A stretch of 62,139 nt of DNA, the filler included, from Basidiobolus ranarum (Eukaryota), in the NCBI GenBank assembly GCA_040143965.1. It is 3 parts of 3 records of this genome, joined end to end, with 100 filler letters (N's around TTAATTAATTAA, not from the genome) between each part and the next. Parts side by side here need not be neighbours in the genome. Positions count along the whole stretch, not along the records: positions 20,812 to 41,451 come from JASJQH010007099.1; positions 41,552 to 62,139 come from JASJQH010007100.1; 1 more part is not named here. One strand, 5' to 3'. Positions 40,309 through 53,245 of this stretch are shown here, piece by piece. Position numbers and translations under genes: made by a program. The stretch's first letter is position 1; each line of letters begins with the position of its first letter. The notes beneath the pieces are model-generated. The model was given only the letters and a program-made list of their open reading frames with translations, had not been told where the DNA came from and ran no database searches.

Positions 40309-41451
40309 ATGGTTCTCAGTGACTTTCTTCGCATCAACAACTTTATTAATGGTGAGTATGTTGCCCCATTATCGGGTGAGTATGTTGACAATATCAACCC
40401 TAGTACTGGTGAGGTAAATAACATCAACTATGGTGGCTCTCTGATTTCGTCGAAATACTAACGAATAGATAGGTTTACTCCTACGTAGCTAACTCAAATC
40501 AAGAGGACGTCAACCATGCTGTCGAAGCTGCTTCGAAAGCCTTTCTTACTTGGTCCAATACATCTCGTGAAGAGCGATCAAAGGTTCTTCTCAAAATCGC
40601 TGATTTATTAGAGGCCAAGGCTGGAGAGTTTGGTGCTGCGGAATCTAAAGATCAAGGAAAGCCTGTTGCGATGGCAACTCACGGGGATGTTCCCAAATCT
40701 GCTGCTATGTTCCGTTACTTTGCTACCTTGATCCTTCACACGAAAGAAACTGTCAGTTTGTTGGATGGTATCAGTATGAGCTACACTCAAAGGATGCCCG
40801 TTGGAGTTTGTGCTTTAGTCAGTCCTTGGAATTTCCCTCTTTACTTGTTGGTCTGGAAAATCGCACCTTGCCTTGCTTCGGGTTGTACTGCAGTTTGTAA
40901 GCCAAGTGAATTCACCAGTGTGACCGCCTATAGTAAGTGTAATTCGACATTAATGTTCATAATATTAGTCTAACTTGAGATTCTCATGTCCAGTGCTCTG
41001 TGATGTTATGAAGGAAGCTGGCCTTCCAGATGGTGTATGCAACATGATTTTTGGAACTGGAAGTCTTTCTGGTTCTGCACTGATTGAACACCCTGATATT
41101 GCTGCTATTTCTTTCACCGGTGGATGTGAGACTGGCCGTAAAATTAACGATGCTGCTGGTAGAGGATTCAAGAAGGCTTCTTTAGAATTGGGCGGCAAAA
41201 ATGCTAATATCGTCTTTGATGATGTCGATCTTCAAAGCTGTGTGCCCGTCTCCGTCAAATCATCGTTCCTTAATCAAGGAGAGATTTGTCTTTGTAACTC
41301 GCGCATGTTTGTACATCGCTCAATCTACGATGAATTTCTCCGACTTTTCATTGAAGAGACCAGGAAGCTTATTGTGGGAGATCCTAGTAAAAAGGATACC
41401 TTCATGGGCCCAGTTGTTAGCAAGGTTCAGTATGAGAAGATTCTCTATTAC
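40309..41451 (+). CDS. Aldehyde dehydrogenase, ALDH8A1-like (2-aminomuconic semialdehyde dehydrogenase family), 3'-truncated
   Basis: NNFINGEY, ESKDQGKP, SPWNFPLYLLVWKIAPCLASG, KPSE, ISFTGG, LELGGKN, FLNQGEICLCNSR; two GT-AG introns; cut by the linker. Confidence 0.88.
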
Positions 41452-41551
41452 NNNNNNNNNNNNNNNNNNNNNNNNNNNNNNNNNNNNNNNNNNNNTTAAT
41501 TAATTAANNNNNNNNNNNNNNNNNNNNNNNNNNNNNNNNNNNNNNNNNNNN
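41452..41551. other. Artificial contig linker (N44-TTAATTAATTAA-N44)
   Basis: Identical 100-nt spacer; unrelated truncated genes on each side. Confidence 0.97.
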
Positions 41552-41553
41552 CC

Positions 41554-43866
41554 GATATTGAATCACTTGTTGCTAGCGTTCCTTCACAATCAGCGGGTAA
41601 ACGCAGTACAATCGACGAAGATTCTTTCGATTTCAGTGCAGTTGGCACTAAAAAGATTAAACTCGCTGAGATGCAAAACATGCCCGAGAGTATGTCAGAA
41701 CTTGAAGATACTTCAGCAAATGAGCAGATGGAACTAGAAGAAACCTCAGTGATTGAACCCATGGTTCAAGCTCAAGAACAGGTACAACATGAATCTATGA
41801 TCATTGACGAAGAGCCAGTATATGATACAGAAAAACCTCAAGACGTTAGATTCTTGTCGTTTGAGGCATCACCTCAGTCTAAGGAATCTTCAAGATCGGA
41901 CATGGGATCACCTGAGCCATTATTACGCCACACGAAAGAACAAGAAGAATCACCCAATGCTAACCCAGTATCACAAGAAGATCGCTTGAAAGCTATCTTC
42001 AGTACTGGTAGTGAAAAATTAAAGCAGGCTCTTCAATCTCTTCGTTCCAACTCTTCCGCCAGCAAGTCAAACAGCTTGGATAAAAAAGATGTTTCAATAA
42101 TCCAGGAAGAACTTAGTTCCCTGCTTGAGAACACCCGATACTCTATGCGCAACGGTGATCCAGGCCTGCCAGAAGAAGCCATCACTTTGGCTACCCAAAT
42201 TCTGGGTCCTGAATACAGTGAGGAAATTAAGAATTTATCTTACAAGTCGCGTGCTTCTATTGATGATTCAAATACCGAAACCCCCGCCGATATTCCTCAG
42301 CCTTCTGTTGATAACGAAGAAGTAAAACAACCAGAACCTGAAGCTATTTCTGTGGATATCAAAGAACAAGAAATGGCAGATGAGCCTATGGAGCACTTCG
42401 ATATTGCTTCCGAGATAGCTGATGCTACAGAAGAAATGGACCGCTCAATAAGCACTGTTCCTGCCCCTCTACCTATCAAAGCCTCTATGAAATCGCCCTT
42501 CTTGAAGAATAAGTTGTTGAACAACGTGGCTGATTTCAGTATGATTGATGATGGTGATGAATCGTTCATTCAAATCATGAGTGATTTAAAGAAAATTCAA
42601 GAGTCACTTGGCGATGATGATGATGAGGATGAGGACATGAATAAAGAAGAATACGATTTTGATGGTTCCATATCGGACTCTCCCATTGAGAATCTAACAT
42701 TCAAACAGTTGCAAGAAGAGCAAAGACTCAAGGCACTTCAGCAGAAGGAAGAAGCTCCACAAGATGAACCTGAAGCTGAGGATCAAATCGAAGATGAAGT
42801 TGAGGATGAGGACGAAATAGAGGATGAAGATGAAGTTGAAAAAGATATCGAAGCTGAAGTTGAGGATGATATCGAAGATGAAGTTGAAGAGGAGATTGAC
42901 CAAGAGGAACTACATACTATTCCAGAAGCTCAAGCAGAGCAAGAGGTTGAAGTAGAAGAGCAACCTAAAAAACTGGTCAAAGCCAAGAGCACTAAAGGCA
43001 AGCCGTTCATTAAATCATTGGCTGCTGCTGCCGCCGCTGCTCGCAAGCAACAAGAACAAGAAGAGAAGAGAGCAGCAAAAGCCAAGGAAATGGAAGCGAA
43101 ACGTAAGGGTCTTAAGGCTCTCGAACCCAAACCTCTTCCTCAACCACCTAAGCGTGTTCTTCGTAGTAAAGCCAAGGAAGCTACAACCACCGCCACTCAA
43201 CCCGAATCTAAATTTAAGGTCTCTTCTGCTGCTCCTCCCCCCGAAAAAGGCAAACTCTCAGTGTTCAAGAAGTTAGCACAAGCCAAAAACACTATTGTTT
43301 CATCTGCTTCTACAAGTAAGAAAACCACAGTGACCACCGCAGTCAAACCATTACCAAAGATTCCCTCCAACGTTGGTCCAGAATCCAAGCGCATCCATAA
43401 GCAACAAGTGGCTATTCCTGAGGATGGTGCAGATGTAGAGAGCGATGACAATCATAACTACAACGAACTCGAGGGATTGGACAACTTCTTGGACCCATTA
43501 ACTCCAGAACGCAAATTGAAGAGCGTGATCACCACCACAACTACTACGTTTGAAAGTATAGCTATAGAGCAAAACGGCAAGATCCAACTGCCGGATATTC
43601 CCAGTGATGAATCAGATAATGAGACCGAGAAGCCAGAGGTACCTGAGTGGGCACAAAGCCCCAACCTTAAGCGGGCACTCATGAATCAATCCAGAATCAA
43701 TCCTGAAGCCATTTTCGGTAAGATCCCAGCAGTAAACATGGAAGAGCTGTTTGGACGCAAATCTAGTAGATATAAGCTAAGACAGAGCTCTGTCTGGCAA
43801 GGTGTAGATAAATTGACGTTCCAAGAAGAGATGGAATATGAGAAGAGAATGGGTTGGAGATCGTAA
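41554..43866 (+). CDS. Inner centromere protein (INCENP/Sli15/Pic1-like) with C-terminal IN-box, 5'-truncated
   Basis: Frame open from the contig edge; C-terminus LPDIPSDESD...VPEWAQSPNLKRALMNQSRINPEAIFG...MEELF...RQSSVWQGVDKLT...EYEKRMG matches the Aurora-binding IN-box. Confidence 0.85.
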   Translation, partial: DIESLVASVPSQSAGKRSTIDEDSFDFSAVGTKKIKLAEMQNMPESMSELEDTSANEQMELEETSVIEPMVQAQEQVQHESMIIDEEPVYDTEKPQDVRFLSFEASPQSKESSRSDMGSPEPLLRHTKEQEESPNANPVSQEDRLKAIFSTGSEKLKQALQSLRSNSSASKSNSLDKKDVSIIQEELSSLLENTRYSMRNGDPGLPEEAITLATQILGPEYSEEIKNLSYKSRASIDDSNTETPADIPQPSVDNEEVKQPEPEAISVDIKEQEMADEPMEHFDIASEIADATEEMDRSISTVPAPLPIKASMKSPFLKNKLLNNVADFSMIDDGDESFIQIMSDLKKIQESLGDDDDEDEDMNKEEYDFDGSISDSPIENLTFKQLQEEQRLKALQQKEEAPQDEPEAEDQIEDEVEDEDEIEDEDEVEKDIEAEVEDDIEDEVEEEIDQEELHTIPEAQAEQEVEVEEQPKKLVKAKSTKGKPFIKSLAAAAAAARKQQEQEEKRAAKAKEMEAKRKGLKALEPKPLPQPPKRVLRSKAKEATTTATQPESKFKVSSAAPPPEKGKLSVFKKLAQAKNTIVSSASTSKKTTVTTAVKPLPKIPSNVGPESKRIHKQQVAIPEDGADVESDDNHNYNELEGLDNFLDPLTPERKLKSVITTTTTTFESIAIEQNGKIQLPDIPSDESDNETEKPEVPEWAQSPNLKRALMNQSRINPEAIFGKIPAVNMEELFGRKSSRYKLRQSSVWQGVDKLTFQEEMEYEKRMGWRS
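42787..42900 (+). repeat. Coding acidic imperfect tandem repeat (IEDEVEDD-like units)
   Basis: Several ATCGAAGATGAAGTTGAG-like units inside the INCENP-like ORF. Confidence 0.7.
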
Positions 43867-44083
43867 TTGGTGCTCACCTTTGTTTCCAACGACACCGTTT
43901 GTTTAAAAAAGACCTTGCATTAGAACTCTCGACCCTTTTACTCGACCTTTTACAGTTTATCGAAATATGTATAATTTTGTATAGTAAATTTAAGTTCATC
44001 TTAGATCCTGATCTGACTTCTCTGATTGGTCAAAAATGCTATTTCATTCTAGTCTAATTATCTCGTCTAATCGAAGGTCCAGC

Positions 44084-44432
44084 TGCTTATATATGTATAT
44101 GCACCTCAATATTATATTTTATCGATTGCTTATATATGTATATACCACCTCAATCTATCTCTACTTTTGGATAACCCTTCCTCATCAGGAAGGTCCAATG
44201 TAGCCACAAGTCAGGAGATATACTAACTGAATTGTAATAATACTCTAGACACGACCTCAATTGTATCATGTTACACCAGAGTAGACATATGGGTCATGTT
44301 ACACTAAAGTTGATATATGGGCCATGTTACACCAATGAGGTTTGTGCGAAGCCAATTTCTGGTCGCTCAAAGTAGTCATTATTCTTATATGCTCGCTTGA
44401 GGTCTCCACTTGAGGTCTCCACTCGAGGTCTC
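44084..44432. repeat. Cluster of short intergenic direct/tandem repeats
   Basis: 2x TGCTTATATATGTATAT..CACCTCAAT (44084, 44127); 3x CATGTTACAC with 28-bp period (44267, 44295, 44323); 3x 13-bp CTTGAGGTCTCCA-like (44396-44432). Confidence 0.75.
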
Positions 44433-44800
44433 TGCCGCATAAGGTTGGTTCCTCTTTGGTGGCAGAAGCTCCAAATCGTCGACTCTCGGTGATGATATCT
44501 TCGTCTCCCAAAGCTAGGCCAGGTACTCCCTATCTGAGCATGCATAACAGGCATGAAAAAATGAAGAGTACAACCATATCGAGGTAGCATGTACAATGGT
44601 CTATCTAGCTCCAACTTCATGAAGACCAATGGAATCGCCCTAAAACCTATTCAAGATCGTATATGGTCACTCGACAATATTTTGATGTAAGCATTAGTAC
44701 AAATAGTTCGAATTCCAATCTGGATATTTAACCTTTAGACTGACCAATGCCGAGCCTCAATTACAGTGGCTCCTGTGATGCTTGGAATTTAAGTAAGGGG

Positions 44801-44808
44801 TATAAATA
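44801..44808 (+). promoter_or_regulatory. TATA box (TATAAATA) of GPI18
   Basis: GTATAAATA about 100 bp upstream of the ATG; same motif and spacing as at GFA1 and CYS3. Confidence 0.5.
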
Positions 44809-44904
44809 CTTTAACAAATCCATTTCTAGACAAAAACTTATTCGAATTCCATCTAGTAAGGAATTGATTCAAATACCACCCAGCTACCAGAATTCGCTTC
44901 CCTC

Positions 44905-46933
44905 ATGGCTGGTATCTTCACACTCCGTCGTACTCCAGACGACTCAATGGACCTAAATCTTGAGAGGAAGAAAGCTTCAAGATTTAAGGACTCTCTTGTG
45001 AAACCCCAAACTATTAAGCTCTCACAAGTTCCTACGAAGTCCTCACTATTTGCTCTATTGTTTAAAAAAAAGAACGTGTCACTTTTTTCACTGTTCGCTC
45101 TAGCAATTTTATCTCGCTTTGTGGTTTGGATAATCGCTGTATCTTCCAATTATTTCATTGAAGATTATGATTCTTCAGTCGACATGATCCTTCCGAATAC
45201 TTCGACGAACAATTTTCTTCAAGCCGCTATGAGGAGAGCCATGGCAGCTTTTGTTCGATGGGATGCCTTTTATTTTGTACATATTGCTGAAGAGGGCTAC
45301 ATTTATGAACAAGAATACGCCTTTTTCCCTATGTTACCCCTCTTGATGAGGGGACTCAGTGCTACTGGTTAGTTGATTTTTCTGCTTCATTATAGTGAAT
45401 TCTGAGTGTTTGTTTTCTTGGAATCTTTTTTAAATATTTCAACTAATATCATACTTTAAATCATAGTTTTGAGGCCATTCCAGGTTTTCTTTGACCCAAA
45501 AATCCTTTTAATACTCTCGGGAATTATAGTATCCACATTATCATTTTCTTTGGCTACAGTGGCCCTATACCAGTATGTATACTTAAATCATGTAGCGAGA
45601 GATTATTTTACTAAGTACATATTGTTACAATTTCTAGTTTATCATATTCTATTTTTAAAAAAGAGAGGTTCGCACTCATTACCGCCCTGTGTTATTGTTT
45701 TACTCCATCCTGCATGTTTATGTCCTCAATGTAAGTTCTGCTTGGTAGGTTTCCGCCTCGTAAATATTCTAATGTTTTCGTTTCTACTAGGTATACTGAA
45801 AGTCTGTTCTCGCTCTTGACCTTTGTTGGTATGGACCTATACGTTCACAAGCAATTTTGGTGTGCGGCCGTTGTTTGGTCACTTAGTTCACTTACTAGAT
45901 CGAATGGAATCGTTTATGCTGGATTTTTCATATTCGATCTATGTATCAAGAATCGCTCTAAATCACCTATGGTAGACTTCTTTATTAGATATATGAACAT
46001 GATGAACAGTGCAACTAACTTCTTTAATCGGTTAGATCTACATGGCTCAAGTAATGAAAGCCACCGCTTTATCGGTCATAACGATTCTTGGAATGGCGAG
46101 CTTTCAGATGTACGGTTACTTCAACTATTGCTTAAATCAGACGAATCCACGTCCGTGGTGTGACGCCAAAGTGCCTTTAATTTATAGCTTTGTCCAGGCA
46201 GAATACTGGTAAGTCGCCAAACTTGAATAGTGAATGCTCGTTCCGATTGCTAACATATGTCACAGGAATTGTGGACTATTTAAATATTACGAATGGAAAC
46301 AAATACCCAACTTTTTACTTGCAGCTCCTATGATGATACTATCTATTTACGGTATATGGTCTTATGCCGCTCATGACTGGACTAGATTCTTTTCTCTCGG
46401 AATCTCAAGTGCGCCAACTAAAGGTAGGTTTTGTTAAACTAAACATTCGTATTAATTCACCGTAGACTGATCATATTTGTTTAGATATCGCATCTAGTAA
46501 ACAACGAGTACCCAAGGTTAATGGCATTTCTTGTTTAAAAAAGACTACCCATGATCATATTCTTAACTCGGTCAATAGCAGACCAGTAATGATCTCTCCT
46601 GTACGCCATGTCACCACCAATTCAAGTAGGATAGCGACAAACACAACGAACAAGGCCAGTTTAGAAAATCTATTCTATACGGAAACACTGTTGCCATTCA
46701 TTTACCTTTGGGGAGTGTTACTAGTTTATTGCACTTTAAATATGCACATTCAAGTGATTACCCGCTTTTTCTCTTGCATGCCAACGGTATATTGGTTCGC
46801 AGCCCATGTGTTGATACAGGCCACAGAATCATCTAAACAGAAAGCAATCGTCAGTCGCTCCGTTCTCTTCTACTTTATAACCTATGGTTTAACGGGGATA
46901 GTTTTATTTAGTAACTTTTTCCCACCTGCTTGA
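44905..46933 (+). CDS. GPI18: GPI mannosyltransferase II (PIG-V/Gpi18), 7 exons
   Basis: [90 protein letters not shown], C-terminal LFSNFFPPA. Confidence 0.93.
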
Positions 46934-47478
46934 TCAATCCACTTTAGTATCCCCAGGAATTCCGTGGGGTCGCTTTATAATATATTCTTTGGGCGAACCC
47001 TAACTCATTTTGAAATCCGAACTGCCATTCTTAATTGTACTCTATGGTTGTTCTTAATATCGCACTTTCCTATCGACTTTCCTGTATATTAGTATTCCCT
47101 TAGTATTCTACACCAATAACATCATCAGCATACTTATAAACATCACATTACCCATTAAGGGGCCAAACTCACCCTCGTAATAATAAACCCGTTTCTATCG
47201 TGTTAAGTCATCCGCCACTTATTCGAAACCTAACATCATTTCCTAATTCATAGCCCCGTGGTTGGCTGGAACATTCTATTCTTTTAAGATAGAAACATTG
47301 CACACGATGATCGAGAACAAATCAGTAACATTTATTATTCATTAGCAAGGGAGTGAAGGTGAAGGGTATTCAGAGGGAGATATTGGGAATATTCAATCAG
47401 TGTGAATAGTTGGGGAGGAGAGGGGAAAGGGGGTGAATTTTGTTCTCACCCTCATATATATTTAAAGTTCCATCATAT

Positions 47479-49641
<2,163 letters not shown>

Positions 49642-49731
49642 GATTACGTTACGCCAGAGTAGAAAGGGAAAGAGTTACGCAAAAGCAATTAAGAAGTCAG
49701 AGATTGATAATTCATGAAAAAGGTAGGGAGA

Positions 49732-49739
49732 TATTTATA
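49732..49739 (-). promoter_or_regulatory. TATA box (TATAAATA) of GFA1
   Basis: GTATAAATA on the minus strand about 98 bp upstream of the ATG. Confidence 0.5.
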
Positions 49740-51149
49740 CCTGGTTCTAAATAGCAGGAATAGGGGGGGACAGTCATTGGGAGGGTGAGCGCTCAGGTCT
49801 TTGAAATAGAGCCTATTACATGCTCATCAACTGATCAGGATTAACGAGGAAGCATTTTATAAAGTTTGAAATCAATGCCTTGATCAACTCCAATCTAGAG
49901 ATACAGATACCCTAGTCCCATACACATAATCCCATACACATTGAACTAGACAAGAACCACTCCCTACAAGTATATAGGCCATATTGAAAGCCAATTAGGG
50001 CGATTTCATATGATTGACCAAACCTAACCCCTTTCTCTTGAAAATCTGGCTTATCTACGAAAAAGTATGATTCCCCCTTCTTATCTATCCAATCCACGCG
50101 ATGTTTCAATTCTGTCCCATTTTCTGAATTCAATACTGATCTGGTGTGCCAAAGAGAATGCTCAATCCTCTTGACCGCGCCGTTATGTTCTATCACACTC
50201 TTTCACAATACCAATCAGGGATAGCAGGAGATGGAGGTAATAAAACTTCGCTTCCAACTGATGATTCCAGTCAAAAATTAATCGATGAATTGATCGTCGT
50301 GATTGAAGATATTTTTGTATAAAGTAATGCTGGATGACATAAAGATGATTACATCAAGCAATCACTGAGTTTTTTTCCTCTGCCGCCCCAAACCCATTAC
50401 CAAGGATGTCATGTTTTATCAAAAAAACCATTGTAATCCGTCAATTGGTCAAAAAGCATTATCAGATGGAAGAGGTTTAGTAATATATTCTATTCTAGAA
50501 CATCGTCCATTCTGGATTGATATCTACAAACCCCTTTGCTACCATCAAAACCAGCTTAACTAAACACCAAAGGTTCACAGATTCACACGTTCGCGCATTC
50601 ACACAGGAATCATAACCGGCAGTCACGTTTGAGAGTAACTGAGAAACTTGACCGTTACTGCTATGACTTCCGCTCTATGACTAATTGCTAAGCCCTTCTT
50701 GTTTCATAGAGTAAGCTTTGTTTGATATAAATTTCCGAATATCTTCTAGTTTACCAAGTCATTGGCTGAAATCACAGGTAAACATGGGCTTTTCGATGAG
50801 TTTTCCCAGGCTCCGCAGTGAATTCTGGTTGACAACTTTAACGATCGAAAACAGTCCAAATGTTTGCCCAATTTTCAATTTGGCAACATTTACTAATTGA
50901 CATGTTTGCTTACCGATCCATTTGGCATCATTTACTAATTTTAGGTGAAAGAATGAAAACATTAAAGGGATTTGATTGGTAAACTATGGTACCATTTTGC
51001 TGATAAATTTCCCATCCCTCATTTCGAGCAGGTCCTAGGAAAATTATTGATTTGCAATCCATTCAAATCTACTACGCACCGTGGTCAATCTGACAAATCA
51101 CTGGAATTCCCCAATGAGGGGTTTTTCTTCCATTGAGCGCAGCTGGGGG

Positions 51150-51157
51150 TATAAATA
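51150..51157 (+). promoter_or_regulatory. TATA box (TATAAATA) of CYS3
   Basis: GTATAAATA 96 bp upstream of the ATG, followed by an AT/pyrimidine-rich leader. Confidence 0.55.
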
Positions 51158-51245
51158 CCTTGGAATTCTGAGACTAATAACTTCACTCAATAATCTCTAT
51201 TCTGCTGATAGACTTATTTTTACTCTTTAATAATACTACTTTAAC

Positions 51246-52415
51246 ATGACTAACTCTGAATTCACTGGTTTTGGTACTATGGCTATCCACGTCGGTCAAG
51301 AGCCCGATGGTGTCACTGGTGCTGTTATTCCTTCCATTTCTTTATCTACCACTTTTGCTCAATCTGCTGCTGGTGTTCACTCCGGTTACGAATACTCTCG
51401 TGCTGGTAACCCCACTCGTCACTCTTTTGAGCAAGCTGTTGCTGCTTTGGAGAAAGGAAACTTCGGTCTTGCCTTCAGCTCCGGTTCTGCTACCACCGCC
51501 ACCATTGCTCACCTTCTCCCCGCTGGCTCTCATGTTCTTCTTGTAAATGACGTCTATGGTGGTACTTACAGATACTTCACCAAGGTCGCCACTGTCTCTG
51601 GTGTTGAACATAGCTTCGTTGACCTTGTTAACCCCGAGAACATCAAATCTGCTCTTCAGAAGAATACCAAGCTTGTATGGATTGAAACCCCTACTAACCC
51701 AACTCTTCGTCTTGTTGACATTGAAGTCATCGCTAAATATGCCCATGAAGCCGGTGCCATCCTCGTCGTCGATAACACTTTCATGTCCCCCTATTTCCAG
51801 AATCCTTTGACTCTCGGAGCTGATATCGTTGTTCACTCTGGTACCAAATACCTTAACGGTCACTCCGATGTCGTCATTGGTGTCGCCGTTCTTAAGGATG
51901 AAGAACTTTATACCAAACTCAAGTTCCTCCAAAACGCCATTGGTGCTACACCCAGTCCATTCGATTGTTTCCTTGCCAATCGTGGTCTTAAGACCCTTCA
52001 TGTTCGTATGAAGCAACACGCTGAGAATGCTTTGGCAGTCGCTAAGGCACTTGAATCTTCCGATAAGGTTGAGGAAGTTATCTACCCTGGTCTCGAATCT
52101 CATAAGCAACATGAGCTCGCTAAAAGACAAACTGCCGGATTCGGTGGTATGGTCAGTTTCCGTATCAAGGGAGATATTGACAACTCCAACAAATTCTTGC
52201 AATCCCTCAAAATCTTCACTTTAGCCGAATCTTTGGGTGGTGTTGAATCTCTCGCCGAACTTCCTTCCGTCATGACCCATGGTGCTGTTAGTGCTGAAGA
52301 TCGTGCTAAATTAGGCATCACTGATACCCTTATCCGTCTCTCAGTTGGTATTGAAGATACTAATGATCTTGTTAGAGATGTCAAACAAGCTTTGGAGGCT
52401 GCTGTCCCTAACTAA
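51246..52415 (+). CDS. CYS3: Cystathionine gamma-lyase (PLP-dependent), intronless
   Basis: YEYSRAGNPTR, DVYGGTYRYF, WIETPTNPTL, VVDNTF, HSGTKYLNGHSDV, LAESLGGVESL, LIRLSVGIED; strong codon bias. Confidence 0.93.
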   Translation: MTNSEFTGFGTMAIHVGQEPDGVTGAVIPSISLSTTFAQSAAGVHSGYEYSRAGNPTRHSFEQAVAALEKGNFGLAFSSGSATTATIAHLLPAGSHVLLVNDVYGGTYRYFTKVATVSGVEHSFVDLVNPENIKSALQKNTKLVWIETPTNPTLRLVDIEVIAKYAHEAGAILVVDNTFMSPYFQNPLTLGADIVVHSGTKYLNGHSDVVIGVAVLKDEELYTKLKFLQNAIGATPSPFDCFLANRGLKTLHVRMKQHAENALAVAKALESSDKVEEVIYPGLESHKQHELAKRQTAGFGGMVSFRIKGDIDNSNKFLQSLKIFTLAESLGGVESLAELPSVMTHGAVSAEDRAKLGITDTLIRLSVGIEDTNDLVRDVKQALEAAVPN

Positions 52416-53245
52416 TAATTTATGTCCTATTTTTGTCCTCTTCACCCATTTTTCGGCAACAAACACCGCTTAATTATAAATAGTTAACCATTCATCTACA
52501 CGAATTTTTTTGTAAACTTTGTATCCTTATTCATGTTCATGGCGCATGTTACACTTTAACACCACTCCGTGAACTACATAATAAATCCAAGATTTACGTC
52601 AGAAAAAAACAACAGCTCCCCTAAGTTTTCTAGGTAACTGGAGTACATATTTATTAAATGAGATGCATATAAAAAACCTTCTTTTGTGAATGAAGTCATT
52701 TTCATGCAAGAGAATTCACGGAGGGGAGGAGGTGAAGGTTAAGGTGGACAAGGGGGGAAATATAAAATGGTTTGACGTGATCGATTCGTCAAATCGCGTC
52801 ATTTGTACCCCATCTCTTATCTTTAGGAATACGGTAATTCCATTATCAATATTCCACCAAATCAATGATTTATGGTGGGAATGGAATTCAATTAGATTCT
52901 CATGTATATATACGGAAATTGGTCCAACAAATAACACTACCCTATTTGCATATCCCTTTCCATTTTCATTTGTGCAAGGTGTTGGTTTCCCAGGGGGTTC
53001 ATAGCTGTTTCAAACTAATCTAGTTGGGTTTTTCACCAATAATCATTACCTTTATGGCTATACTACATAATAATACTAGAATACTCTGCATAGTAATGGT
53101 GTACATTCTAAATTATATTTATAGTAGGCATCGGTATTTGTTACAGAATTAAGATGTATTTGTAGTCATCAAAATGGCGATGGAAATCAATCAAATGGTT
53201 ATTAATTCAATGGAATGGAAATGAACATAGAGAGTGTTTAAACAT

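Noticed and set aside
44267-44332. CRISPR-like spacing of CATGTTACAC repeats
   Set aside because: Eukaryotic context, 10-bp core, spacers similar to each other (tandem repeat), no cas genes.
49689-49715. Short upstream ORF before GFA1 (MNYQSLTS*)
   Set aside because: Its ATG is only about 17 nt downstream of the TATA box and is probably upstream of the transcription start.
51342-52202. 286-aa antisense ORF over CYS3
   Set aside because: In-register antisense shadow; scarcity of TTA/CTA/TCA codons removes antisense stops.
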